Assembly (NCBI GenBank): GCA_964568455.1
Contig: CAZMPJ010000009.1
Span: 306 to 64,305 of the forward strand
Direction: 5' to 3'
From: an uncultured bacterium
GTDB taxonomy: Bacteria > Margulisbacteria > WOR-1 > O2-12-FULL-45-9
Length of the DNA: 64,000 nucleotides
Part shown: one piece after another, positions 20,006 to 31,801 of the stretch
Layout of the letters: every line of letters begins with the position of its first letter
How positions within the stretch are numbered: the stretch's first letter is position 1
Notes under the pieces: model-generated
The model's input: the letters and a program-made list of their open reading frames with translations, nothing else
The model's database searches: none
What the model was told of the DNA's origin: nothing
Position numbers and translations under genes: made by a program

Positions 20006-20081
20006 CGGGACGTGGCCCAGCTTGGACTAAGGCGCTACCTCGGGGAGGTAGAGATCGCTGGTTCGAATCCAGTCGTCCCGA
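20006..20081 (+). tRNA. tRNA-Pro (anticodon GGG)
   Basis: Acceptor CGGGACG/CGTCCCG, anticodon stem CTACC/GGTAG, loop TCGGGGA, T-arm GCTGG-TTCGAAT-CCAGT, discriminator A; 76 nt. Confidence 0.85.
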
Positions 20082-20090
20082 TTTTTAATT

Positions 20091-21077
20091 ATGAAAACTT
20101 CTGATTTTGATTACCAAGTTCCAGAAAAACTAATTGCCCATCACCCGGCTAAAAAGCGTGATCATTCGAGGCTGATGGTCCTTCATCGCAAAACCCAAAC
20201 CATTGAACATAAACATTTTTACGATATTGTTAATTATTTAAACAAAGATGATTTGCTAGTTTTAAACAATACTAAAGTTATTCCAGCCAGACTTTTAGGT
20301 ATTAAAGAAGGTGGCAGCGCGGCAATAGAAGTTTTTTTATTGAATGGAAAAGAAAATGTTTGGAAATGTTTGGTTAAACCAGGGAAACGACTCAAAGTTG
20401 GCTCTCGAGTTATCTTTGGTGATGGAAAACTAACAGGAACTGTGGTTGAAAAACTTGAAACCGGAGAACAGATTATAAAGTTTAGTTCGAAATCGGCAAT
20501 CTTTAAGCTCGGGAAAGTTCCTTTGCCTCCCTATATTAGGCAGAATCCAAAATTAGCAAACCGTTATCAAACTGTTTATGCGGAGAAAGAGGGGGCATCA
20601 GCTGCGCCGACGGCTGGATTGCATTTTACGCCGCAATTATTGAAAAAAGTTAAAGCTAAAAAGGCTTATATTACTCTTCACACAGGTTTAGGGACATTTC
20701 AACCGGTTAGAACAGAAAATATTGAAGATCATCCTATGCATGAGGAGTATTTTGAGATATCGAGAGACGTAGCGGCAAAGCTTGCTTTGCCAAATAAAAG
20801 AGTGGTGGCAGTAGGAACTACTGTGGTTAGAGCTTTGGAGTCATTAACCACTAAGGCACAAAGACACAAAGGATCCACTAATTTATTCATTCGACCGGGA
20901 TATAAATTTAAAACCGTGGATGCAATGATAACTAACTTCCACTGGCCTAGATCAACTTTAATTATGCTGGTTTCTGCGTTTGCGGGTAAAGACTTTATTA
21001 TGCGGGCTTACAGCGAGGCGATTGATAAAAAATACCGCTTTTTCTCCTTTGGTGATGCCATGCTTATTATGGATTAA
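20091..21077 (+). CDS. queA: S-adenosylmethionine:tRNA ribosyltransferase-isomerase
   Basis: 'FDYQVPEKLIAHHPAKKRDHSRLMVL' N-terminus and overall QueA family similarity; 328 aa. Confidence 0.9.
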   Translation: MKTSDFDYQVPEKLIAHHPAKKRDHSRLMVLHRKTQTIEHKHFYDIVNYLNKDDLLVLNNTKVIPARLLGIKEGGSAAIEVFLLNGKENVWKCLVKPGKRLKVGSRVIFGDGKLTGTVVEKLETGEQIIKFSSKSAIFKLGKVPLPPYIRQNPKLANRYQTVYAEKEGASAAPTAGLHFTPQLLKKVKAKKAYITLHTGLGTFQPVRTENIEDHPMHEEYFEISRDVAAKLALPNKRVVAVGTTVVRALESLTTKAQRHKGSTNLFIRPGYKFKTVDAMITNFHWPRSTLIMLVSAFAGKDFIMRAYSEAIDKKYRFFSFGDAMLIMD

Positions 21078-21112
21078 GTGAAATTTCTTATTTTTCCTGC
21101 CGAAAGATAAGT

Positions 21113-22990
21113 ATGCCAGGACAAGTACGATTCGGAATAAAAACTAAGACTTTTAATCGATTGCGTCATGGTCCCGCTTGGGGACTGCGCAAGGCAAGCC
21201 AACAGTTGGCTAATATGGCCAAATCTGGAAATATTGATCAGCTAGAAATTAATGAAGTGCTTGGTCAACATACTAAGCTTACAGATAGATTAATCGCTGT
21301 TAATGTTGGCCTTGTAGAAATAGAGCAAGGCACTTCAGCCAAAGATTTGCGACAATTTTTTAAAGCCTCTTTATATAGCCGCAGAACTGTCTCAACTTTT
21401 AACTTTCTTGGGTTTAAAACTGAAAAAGATTTTGCTCTTGATTTTGGGTCAGTGGCTAGTGCTGGGGATTTGTTGGCTAGTCAGGCTAAAACTCCAGCTT
21501 TAGATTATGTGTTTAAATTTTTTAGCAGCGATGCTTTAACAACCGTGGCTATACTTGGTTTTGCAGTGTTGGGGGGTTATTTGGGCTACGCAAAATGGGA
21601 TATTGTTGAACCTTTGGGCAATTTTGTTAATAATTATTTTCCAAATACAATATCTTTAGGTCCGGCTTCAGATAATAATATTATGGATACAGTAGCTTTA
21701 GTTTTTACCGGCATGATTTCTGGTTTATTACCTACAACTTTTTCTCAATTGCTTTTAAAAAGAGGTAAAGCAAAAAGACTTGCTTTGGCTACAGATCGAG
21801 TTTGGAATAGTTTAGTAGGTTATAGGTTGGGCACTAGAGGGGCTCTACCAGAAACGCTTCAAAAAGCACTTAATCGTTTTAGCGCAAAAGCCAAAAAAAC
21901 TTACTTAGCTTCTCTTAGTCCGGAAAAAATTGAAGCAGTGGCCAAAAACAAAAATGAGGCTTATAGAATCTTAGTTGATCATCTTGATACTCCAAGAGAA
22001 TTTTTGTGGCATATATTAAATGATTCACAAACAACTGCAATGTTGCGCGAGAAAGCCTTTGATAGAATAAAAGCTGGTTTTGATAAAGGGCAATTGAAAT
22101 ATCTGCTTGATCATCAAGATGAGAAAACTAGACGCCATGCTTTTGATAAGCTTAAAAGTCAAATGGACCGATCTGAGTGGATATTATTATTGATGAACGA
22201 TGACAATTTTATCAGAGCAACAGCTTTTGATAGAGTAGCTGACCTGCTTTCTCCAACCGAACTTGAGGCTATAGTTCCAGGATTAATAAATGTTCCTGCG
22301 GCTTTGCTTCGTTCTGATGTTTTTCCTAATGCAAAACTGGCCATGGCTAAAGCTTCGGTAACCGAAGTTGAATGTTCAGAACTTTTAAATATTTTTGTCA
22401 GAAACATGGACAAAGAAACAACAAAAGAATTATTCATGTTTTTGCAAGAGAACTTAAATTCATCTGCAGCAACTGCTAATGCAATGGAGCTTGAAAAGAT
22501 AGCAGTGGCTAATATGGCCAAGGTTTCTCGGGAAATCTTGTTTGAAGTTGCCATGAAGCCTATTAACACTCTTAATGCTAGGATTGCTTTTGATTCTTTG
22601 GTAGGCAGCGGAATAGTAGATTTTAAGCGATTAAGGAGTTCAGAGGTGGATAGCATAGCGCTGAAAGCTTATTTTTATGACCCAAGTTCAACTAAAGAAG
22701 AAATCGCTCAAGCTTTAGTACGCTTATTGCCTAAGAGTGATAAAGTCCAAGTTGGGACTACTACAAAAAAAGAGTGGGGTTATGAGGTTTCTGGCCCTTA
22801 TAATTTTCCGATTGAAGTAGAATCAGAAGTGCCAGTTTATGAGGATAGATATTCTGACGCAGATATTCAAACTGCTGTGAGTTTGATGCATCAACTTACA
22901 GAAGCCCAAAGAAGCGATGTTTATTTTGAATTAGCAGCTTTAGATGAAGCATTTGCTAATCGCTTATTACCTCATTTAGGCTTAAATTAG
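21113..22990 (+). CDS. Hypothetical membrane-associated HEAT/PBS-lyase-like repeat protein
   Basis: Hydrophobic segments near residues 140-210, then recurring '..R..AFDR+..' HEAT-like repeat signatures ('REKAFDRIKAGF', 'TRRHAFDKL', 'IRATAFDRVADLL', 'ARIAFDSLVG'). No catalytic motif is seen. It sits between queA and tgt. Confidence 0.4.
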   Translation: MPGQVRFGIKTKTFNRLRHGPAWGLRKASQQLANMAKSGNIDQLEINEVLGQHTKLTDRLIAVNVGLVEIEQGTSAKDLRQFFKASLYSRRTVSTFNFLGFKTEKDFALDFGSVASAGDLLASQAKTPALDYVFKFFSSDALTTVAILGFAVLGGYLGYAKWDIVEPLGNFVNNYFPNTISLGPASDNNIMDTVALVFTGMISGLLPTTFSQLLLKRGKAKRLALATDRVWNSLVGYRLGTRGALPETLQKALNRFSAKAKKTYLASLSPEKIEAVAKNKNEAYRILVDHLDTPREFLWHILNDSQTTAMLREKAFDRIKAGFDKGQLKYLLDHQDEKTRRHAFDKLKSQMDRSEWILLLMNDDNFIRATAFDRVADLLSPTELEAIVPGLINVPAALLRSDVFPNAKLAMAKASVTEVECSELLNIFVRNMDKETTKELFMFLQENLNSSAATANAMELEKIAVANMAKVSREILFEVAMKPINTLNARIAFDSLVGSGIVDFKRLRSSEVDSIALKAYFYDPSSTKEEIAQALVRLLPKSDKVQVGTTTKKEWGYEVSGPYNFPIEVESEVPVYEDRYSDADIQTAVSLMHQLTEAQRSDVYFELAALDEAFANRLLPHLGLN

Positions 22991-23008
22991 TCTCTATGTT
23001 ATAATTAA

Positions 23009-25244
<2,236 letters not shown>

Positions 25245-25306
25245 AAGTGTATAATTTGACCTAAAGGTGACATTTTTTGTAACCTTTGGGGCATAAGTAT
25301 ATAAAT

Positions 25307-25891
25307 ATGAATAAATCAGACATTTTTAACATTCTTAAATCAGACAAAACCGTGTTTTCTTTTAAGGACATTTTATTAAACAGCGAAGAAGCTGATGAAG
25401 AGCAACTGCGGCGCCGGATTAGTTATTATGTTAGGGAAGGGCAGCTTTATGGTATTCGCAGGGGGATTTATGCCAAAGATAAGAAGTATAATAAATTAGA
25501 ATTGGCGACAAAAATATTAGTGCCGTCTTATGTTAGTTTTGAAACAGTTTTGGCTGAAGCAGGAATAACCTTTCAGCATTACAGTCAAATTTTTGTGGCA
25601 TCTTATAAAAGCAGAGAGATTATTTGTGATGGCCAGGCTTATGTGTTTAAAAAAATTAAAGATGAAATATTAACTAATAATGTTGGCGTGGAAGATAAAA
25701 ACAATTATTCTATTGCCACAAAAGAAAGGGCGTTTCTTGATGTGGCCTATTTAAATAAAGATTATCACTTTGATAATTTAAGGCCTTTGGATTGGGATTT
25801 GGTTTTTGATATTTTACCTATTTATAATAATAAGCGCATGACAAAAACAGTAAATCGATATTATAAAGCGTTTAAGAAGGGCAAAGAGTAA
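25307..25891 (+). CDS. AbiEi-family antitoxin-like transcriptional regulator (type IV TA)
   Basis: N-terminal wHTH-like segment '...LRRRISYYVREGQLYGIRRGIY' is typical of AbiEi antitoxins. It lies immediately upstream of an AbiEii-like nucleotidyltransferase. Confidence 0.6.
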   Translation: MNKSDIFNILKSDKTVFSFKDILLNSEEADEEQLRRRISYYVREGQLYGIRRGIYAKDKKYNKLELATKILVPSYVSFETVLAEAGITFQHYSQIFVASYKSREIICDGQAYVFKKIKDEILTNNVGVEDKNNYSIATKERAFLDVAYLNKDYHFDNLRPLDWDLVFDILPIYNNKRMTKTVNRYYKAFKKGKE

Positions 25892-25895
25892 TTTT

Positions 25896-26600
25896 ATGAT
25901 ATTAGATACGGCAATACACAAAAATATGCTTTTGCGAATTTTAAAAGATATTTTTTCGGATGACAGTGTTGCGCCTTTTTTGGGTTTTAAGGGAGGGACT
26001 GCCGCCTATTTCTTTTATGGTCTTGATCGCTTTTCCGTTGATCTTGATTTTGATTTGCTTGATAACGCTAAAGAAAAACATGTTTTTGAGCAAATCAAAA
26101 AAATATTATCTGTTTATGGGAAATTAAAAGAGGCGGAAGCAAAAAGATATAATTTGTTTTATTTGCTTTCTTATCAGGATAAAGTTGAAGGTGCCCGCAA
26201 TATTAAGGTAGAAATTAACCGCCGGGATTTTGGGTCTAAATATGAGGTCAAGTCCCATCTTGGCATTTCCATGAAAGTAATGGTTAAGGAAGACATGGCG
26301 GCGCATAAAATGGTGGCAATGTTGGAGAGGATTGGCAAGACCAATCGTGATATTTATGATGTTTGTTTTTTTCTTAAAAATAATTGGCCAATAAATAAGA
26401 AAATTATAGAACTGCGTACTAAGGTGTCTTTTAAACAATTTTTACAAAAATGTATTCATTCGCTTGAGAAAATCAGCGATCGCAGCATATTAGCCGGTAT
26501 TGGTGAGTTGTTAAATGCTAAGCAAAAAGCCTGGGTCAAGTCAAAATTAAGAGCGGAGACTATTTTTTCGCTTAAATTGCTTTTAGATAATGAAAAATGA
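25896..26600 (+). CDS. AbiEii/AbiGii-family nucleotidyltransferase toxin (DUF1814)
   Basis: 'LGFKGGTAAYFFYGLDRFSVDLDFDL' matches the nucleotidyltransferase core ('GGTAL..Y...R.S.DLDF') of the AbiEii family. Confidence 0.7.
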   Translation: MILDTAIHKNMLLRILKDIFSDDSVAPFLGFKGGTAAYFFYGLDRFSVDLDFDLLDNAKEKHVFEQIKKILSVYGKLKEAEAKRYNLFYLLSYQDKVEGARNIKVEINRRDFGSKYEVKSHLGISMKVMVKEDMAAHKMVAMLERIGKTNRDIYDVCFFLKNNWPINKKIIELRTKVSFKQFLQKCIHSLEKISDRSILAGIGELLNAKQKAWVKSKLRAETIFSLKLLLDNEK

Positions 26601-26631
26601 TGGGGAGTTTGGGAAGGTGGGGATTATTTAG
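26591..26631. repeat. 41-bp perfect direct repeat, copy A (TGAAAAATGATGGGGAGTTTGGGAAGGTGGGGATTATTTAG)
   Basis: Identical to 31761..31801. It contains the stop codons of AbiEii (+ strand) and of the minus-strand 738-aa ORF. Its core ATGATGGGGAGTTTGGG matches the 3' end of the EndoQ-fragment copy at 30386..30415. Confidence 0.9.
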
Positions 26632-29600
26632 CGCTTTAGGTCTATTTTAGGGCCAGGGATAGGCTCATAAACTTTATCTTGAGGGCTAGAAGGTCTTTCT
26701 TCTGGAAGAACAACCTCTGTAGTAGGCGAAACTTCTCTTATAAAGCATCCGCTAGGAGGCATTCCGCTCATCCCAGCATCAGGATGACAACCACGTTTTA
26801 AAATTCTTCTTTTGACTACTTTTTCTTGTGTTGCATTGCCCACAATTTCTAATGCCTCACCGGTGCTGCTTGTTTCACTTAATTTTTGAAGAGTTCTTAG
26901 ATCGACAGTAATTTTTACTTGTTCCCCAATGTATTCATTCCAATGATCATAATTAATGTTTTCTATGCCAGCCTTAGCTTCTCGATTAACCCAAAGGATA
27001 AGTATTTTCTTTTCAAAACCGGCAGCTAATAAATTGGAGGCATTATCTTCAATGACTTGTAAATGAAAATCAATCTCCTCTGCTATTTTATTGCGCTCAG
27101 CCTCTGTTTTCGCTTCAATGTATTTATCAAAAAGAACATTAAGTTGTAAATAGGCGTTTAGGATGTTTGTTTTAAGGGTGTCAACTTGGGTTGAATTATC
27201 TGTAGAAATGTTCATAATTGGAAAATCGTAAAAAGCTTTGTCTTCGGATTTTATTTCTATCTTTGTTCCTTTTAAATGAGCTATTTGCATTTTATATGAA
27301 GTGATAAAGCTTGGATCATATTGAGCAGCTTCGTAGTAGACAACTAGTCTCTCCATGTAGCTAACCAACTCTTTAATTAATGCTTTGTATTTAGTACTAT
27401 CTTTTTTTGCTTTTCCTAGTTTTATTTTAGTTGCAAGAACTTTGTCTCTTAATTCCAGCACTTTTTTAGCACGCTTGATTTCTGTTTGTTTTTGAGCATT
27501 AAAAGTTGCAGGGTCTTCTATTAATGATAAAAGATATACACCTTCATAGAAATCGCCAACTACCTTAATACTTTGATCTTCATTTACTTTAATGATGGCT
27601 TTGCCAGTTCTATTTTGTAACATTTCGTTTGCTCTGTTGTGCAAATAGATTGTTAAATCTTTAGGAGAGTATTTTTTTAGTTTTGCTAGAGCAGTGATTT
27701 GTACTCCTAAAGTTAGTTTTAGCATTGGATCTTCGGTTTCTAGCCACTGTTTATATTGAGTTAGTATTAATTGAGCCTCTCCTTCGTAAAACATTTTTGC
27801 TGTATGATAGCTTTCAAGTTTTGCATCAATTTGTTCTTTGATTTTTTCTCTCTTGTGTTGTAAGCCTGAAATTACTCCTTTGTTGGCAGTTAACATTGAT
27901 TCAAGTATTACTTTTTGAGACTTAAGGTCAGCTAGAATTGCCTCTGCAGTAAGGATGTCTCCTTGGCTGTAAGCAAGCTGGGCTTCCATAAGCGCTTTTT
28001 CTGCTTTTTCATTGTAAGCTTCAATTTTATCAGTTGCTTTTTTTTGTAAGTCTAACATCTGTTGGGTGAGATTGTCATATTCAGCAATAAGCCCATCTAC
28101 TTGGCTAGAAGTATTTTCATATTCTTTCTTGGTTTCTATAATTTCAGCCCGGTTAGTTTTGACCCTTTCTAATAAGGCAGGCTTTAGATTTTCTCTGAAT
28201 GTTTTTCGAATATAACTATTACGATGATTTAGATAATATTGACCGCCAATTACAACGACAAATTCATTATGTTTAATGTCTGAATCATTAATGAATTTTG
28301 CCCAAACTTTTTCAATATTTTCGTTTTTACCTGAAGCCAGATAGGCTTGATAGTAAACACTGTTTTTATTAATTATGTATGTGTCAGTTTTTTTGTCTTT
28401 TACCACTAATCCAAGATTGATATCCATGTCTGATGCTTTTATTTTTTTCATTGCCAGTAGCTCATATAATCTAGGCATAGCGTAAGTGAAATAAAACAGT
28501 TGTTGAGCCCGGGCCTGTTTAGCTTGTTTTGATTGCTTTTTGATAAAGTTTAGGCCTGAACCTTTGTAATGAATTTCTGGCAGGCTTAATTTTGTGTGTT
28601 TGAGCAGCCACTTAGCAAACCTATAGGCTTTGTCTTTCTTTATAGTTCCTTCGGGCTTGAAATATCCTGCAAAAGCCTTGTTTATATCTGCGACCCTGTC
28701 AAAACTAGCCAAAGCAGGATGCCAGCCTTTTTCTTGTAGCTCTTTTGTTGTAAGAGGTTTAGCGCCAACGGGGTGAATTACTCCGTGTTTAAGATAACCA
28801 GATAGATCTCCCATATCATTTGGGTTTACTGTTAGTATATGCATAATCTGTTCCGGTAATTTCCCCTAAAATCTTTTTGGCTGTTTTTTGTGAGCCATCA
28901 TCTATTTTGGCAATTACGTCTTTGCCGGAAATTGTAGTCTTGTCTCCCATCCATTTTTTAGCTACTTTTTTGGCGTCAGCCGCGATTATCTTATTGGTAT
29001 GAGCATAAGTTTTAATTACATGAGCGCGGTATTCGGCACTGGCGCCATGAGAAACGCGATCAATGTGGCGCTCAAATGCTCTGTTTAAATCATCCCAGTT
29101 AATGGATTCATCGCCTTCGCTATTAATAAACATGCCGCGCGTGCTGGCCCAGTTATAAAAAGCCCGACTTAGGCCCAGTGTTTCCGCTTCCTCACGCGAA
29201 ATTTCGCCATCTTCCCACATTTCTTGATAAACTTTGTATCCATCTCCACTTAACCCCATATCAGTAAATCTATGCCATTGATGATCAACTACTAAGTCAA
29301 CCTCATCTACTGTGCCGTTTTCTGGGGTCTTAACTTCCAATTGATTGCCATCAAGTTCAATTAAATAGCCTTTATAGCCTTCTGATAAAATTTTGTAACT
29401 GCCATTATCCTGTCTTTCAACCAGCATATAGCGGGTTTGTTCTGTGCCCTCAACTTCTTCCTTAAAACTAATGATGCGTTGGTTTTTAGGAAGATTTTTG
29501 GAGATGGCTAATTTTAATTTGGGATCGGAAAGCACATCAAAGTCATCATGTTTAAAAATAGTTCTATCTGTAGTGAGTAGAGCAGGATTTGTTTGAGCTG

Positions 29601-29913
29601 TTTGGATTGCAACTTGAGCTAAAACTTCTGGATCATCCAAATAAACCAATATTTCGCCGGATTGATAATTTTTGTCTCCTATTGAAATTGTTTCCGAGAA
29701 ACTTGTTGAATGAGCATTTGCAATAGCATTTATTTCGCCAACAGTTAAATTTGATATGCTATCTACAAAACCTTGTTTTTTATCCTCTATTTCTGTTAAC
29801 CTTGTTCTAATAGGATCAATGCGATCTTTGAATTCATCTTTGATTTCCTGTTCAGACGCACATTCACCACAAAAATTAGGCCGTGAAGTATGTGTTTTTG
29901 ATACAGAGATGAA
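26628..29913 (-). pseudogene. Degraded paralog of the 959-aa coiled-coil protein: 5'-truncated and split by a frameshift into 277-aa and 738-aa ORFs
   Basis: The 277-aa ORF (28816..29649, TTG start) and the 738-aa ORF (26628..28844) overlap by 29 bp in different frames. Together they are collinear with residues ~100-959 of the 50624..53503 protein (e.g. 'RIISFKEEVEGTEQTRYMLVERQDNGSYKIL' versus 'RIITFTEKVDKKEVTRVILVERQDDGTYKVL'). The frame stays open and homologous upstream of the TTG ('DKKQGFVDSISNLTVGEINA' versus 'GKEQNFIDNIDSISGKEWEANIN') until it meets the EndoQ fragment; no start codon is present. Confidence 0.7.
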
Positions 29914-30415
29914 TTATAAGGCCATGTTTGAAGCAATTAAAACTAAAGATAAATCAAAGTTCCTCTATACGGTTGAGTTTTATCCGGAAGAGGGCAAATA
30001 CCATTATGACGGCCATCGCAAATGTAATGTTTCTTGGAAGCCTAAGCAAACTAAGGCAAATAAAGAAATTTGTTCTGTTTGCGGCAAGAAGGTTACGGTG
30101 GGGGTTATGAGTCGGGTGGATGATTTGGCTGATAGGGAAGAGGGCGTTGTGCCGCAAAATGCTATTCCCTTTAAAAGCATGATTCCTTTGCAAGAGATTA
30201 TTGCTGAAGTAAGGAAAAGAGGAGTTAATACTAAAGGCGTTCAAGAAGAGTATTTTAAGTTGATTGGACAATTTGGTTCAGAATTCAAAATTTTACTGGA
30301 TACACCGATTGCTGATCTGCCCGGCGATATTGGGGGGGCGGTAGAAAAGGTTAGAGCTGGGAAGGTTAAGATTGAGCCGGGGTATGATGGGGAGTTTGGG
30401 GTGGTGGGAATTTAA
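29847..30415 (+). pseudogene. Duplicated 3' fragment (C-terminal ~190 codons) of the EndoQ-like gene
   Basis: About 88% nucleotide identity to 24669..25244, starting at CCTGTTCAGACGCACATTCACC. It has no N-terminal PHP domain or own start. It ends 'GYDGEFGVVGI*' versus 'GYDGEFGRLDIGG*' in the full gene. Confidence 0.85.
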
Positions 30416-31689
30416 TCTTGCTGCCACTTCCAATAAGGGATAAATTTGATTTCATGGCCGTGAAAAGATTCTTGTTTTTCATAATCAAAAGTAATAACCA
30501 AAAGTTGTTCGCATTTTAATTCTTTGCCTGCTTCAATAAGGGCTTTTAATTCGCGAATTTTGATTTTTTCGTTGCCGATTTCGTAACAAGCTTGAACAAG
30601 GGATTCTATTTTGAGTCCTTTTTTTAAAACAAAGTCTACTTCTTTTTTGTTTCTGGTTTTGTAATAAAACAGGCTCTGGTTGGGATGGTATCCTTGGCGG
30701 AGCAGTTTGATAAACACGGCATTCTCAAAAAATTTGCCTATGTTGGAAGTAAATTGGAAGGCTTTTGCCGTGGCAAAGCCGTTATCCGCCAAATAAAGCT
30801 TTTTGGGGGAACGGATTTGTTCTTTTACTTTTAATGAGTATCGGTTGAGGCTGAAGAACAAATAAGTTTCTTCCAGATAATAAAGATATTTTTGTATGGT
30901 GTTTGTGCTGTTGAAATTAAGTGATTTTCTTAAGCGATTAAAAGTATATTCCGAGCAAAAGTTTGATATTAGATAGAGGGCAAGTTCGTATATTTTTTGC
31001 GGAAATCTAATTTTGTATCTTCTTACGATATCTTTTAGGAGTATTGCATCAAGCAGTGTTTCCAGATACATTTTTAGTTCTATATCTTTAGTCGTTATTT
31101 CCGGATATCCGCCGTTTTTAATATAAGAGCGCAATAGGTTTAACAACTCTCCTTTTTTTTCTGGAGAAAGGAAAGAATTTGATTCAATAACCATATTTTT
31201 TGCTCTTAAAAATTCTTGAAAACTAAAGGGTAGTATCTCAATGGGAATATACCTTCCGGTTAACGCGGTGGCCAATTCTTTGCTAAGGAGCTTGGCGTTA
31301 GAGCCGCTTATAACCAGGTTGTAGCCGCGGCGATGGAGCTTGTTGATAAAGTGCTCCCAGTTTTTAAGGTTTTGGATTTCATCAAAAAAGATCCACTTTG
31401 CCTTAGGATAAACTTCAAAAAGGCCCTGTACTATTTCGTCGTAGTTGGTGATTTTTAATAGGTTTTCATCTTCAAAATTGATATAAGCAAAATCCTTATC
31501 CTTAAGCAGTAAAAACGAAAAGACCGATTTGCCGGATCGGCGCGGACCGGTAATGACTTTAATTAAATCGGATTTAACATGGGGTTTGGCAGAGAGGAGC
31601 TGGTCGCGAAAGATATACTCTTTGGCAAGTATTCTTTCTTTTTCCTGTTTATGTTGTTGAATTATGTTATTATTCATATTAAATAGCAC
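30412..31689 (-). CDS. AAA+ ATPase of the AAA_14/DUF4143 family
   Basis: Walker A 'GPRRSGKS', Walker B-like 'IFFDEIQ', and a C-terminal DUF4143-type region; 425 aa. Confidence 0.75.
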   Translation of the reverse strand: MLFNMNNNIIQQHKQEKERILAKEYIFRDQLLSAKPHVKSDLIKVITGPRRSGKSVFSFLLLKDKDFAYINFEDENLLKITNYDEIVQGLFEVYPKAKWIFFDEIQNLKNWEHFINKLHRRGYNLVISGSNAKLLSKELATALTGRYIPIEILPFSFQEFLRAKNMVIESNSFLSPEKKGELLNLLRSYIKNGGYPEITTKDIELKMYLETLLDAILLKDIVRRYKIRFPQKIYELALYLISNFCSEYTFNRLRKSLNFNSTNTIQKYLYYLEETYLFFSLNRYSLKVKEQIRSPKKLYLADNGFATAKAFQFTSNIGKFFENAVFIKLLRQGYHPNQSLFYYKTRNKKEVDFVLKKGLKIESLVQACYEIGNEKIKIRELKALIEAGKELKCEQLLVITFDYEKQESFHGHEIKFIPYWKWQQD

Positions 31690-31760
31690 AAAAAAACCAT
31701 ATATTGTTCAGTACACTGTATATAATGCACATGATAGCATAATTATGGTTAAGCGTCAAG

Positions 31761-31801
31761 TGAAAAATGATGGGGAGTTTGGGAAGGTGGGGATTATTTA
31801 G
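31761..31801. repeat. 41-bp perfect direct repeat, copy B
   Basis: Identical to 26591..26631. It contains the stop codon of the 5,408-aa ORF. Confidence 0.9.

Noticed and set aside
31690-31760. Sigma70-like promoter (TTGACG-N17-TATCAT on the minus strand) for the ATPase gene 30412-31689
   Set aside because: It is a plausible hexamer pair, but the sequence is AT-rich and such matches are frequent. It is not scored as a feature without TSS data.
26591-31801. Possibility that the 41-bp repeats form a CRISPR array
   Set aside because: There are only two copies, 5.1 kb apart, with coding genes between them and no cas genes. This is not CRISPR.
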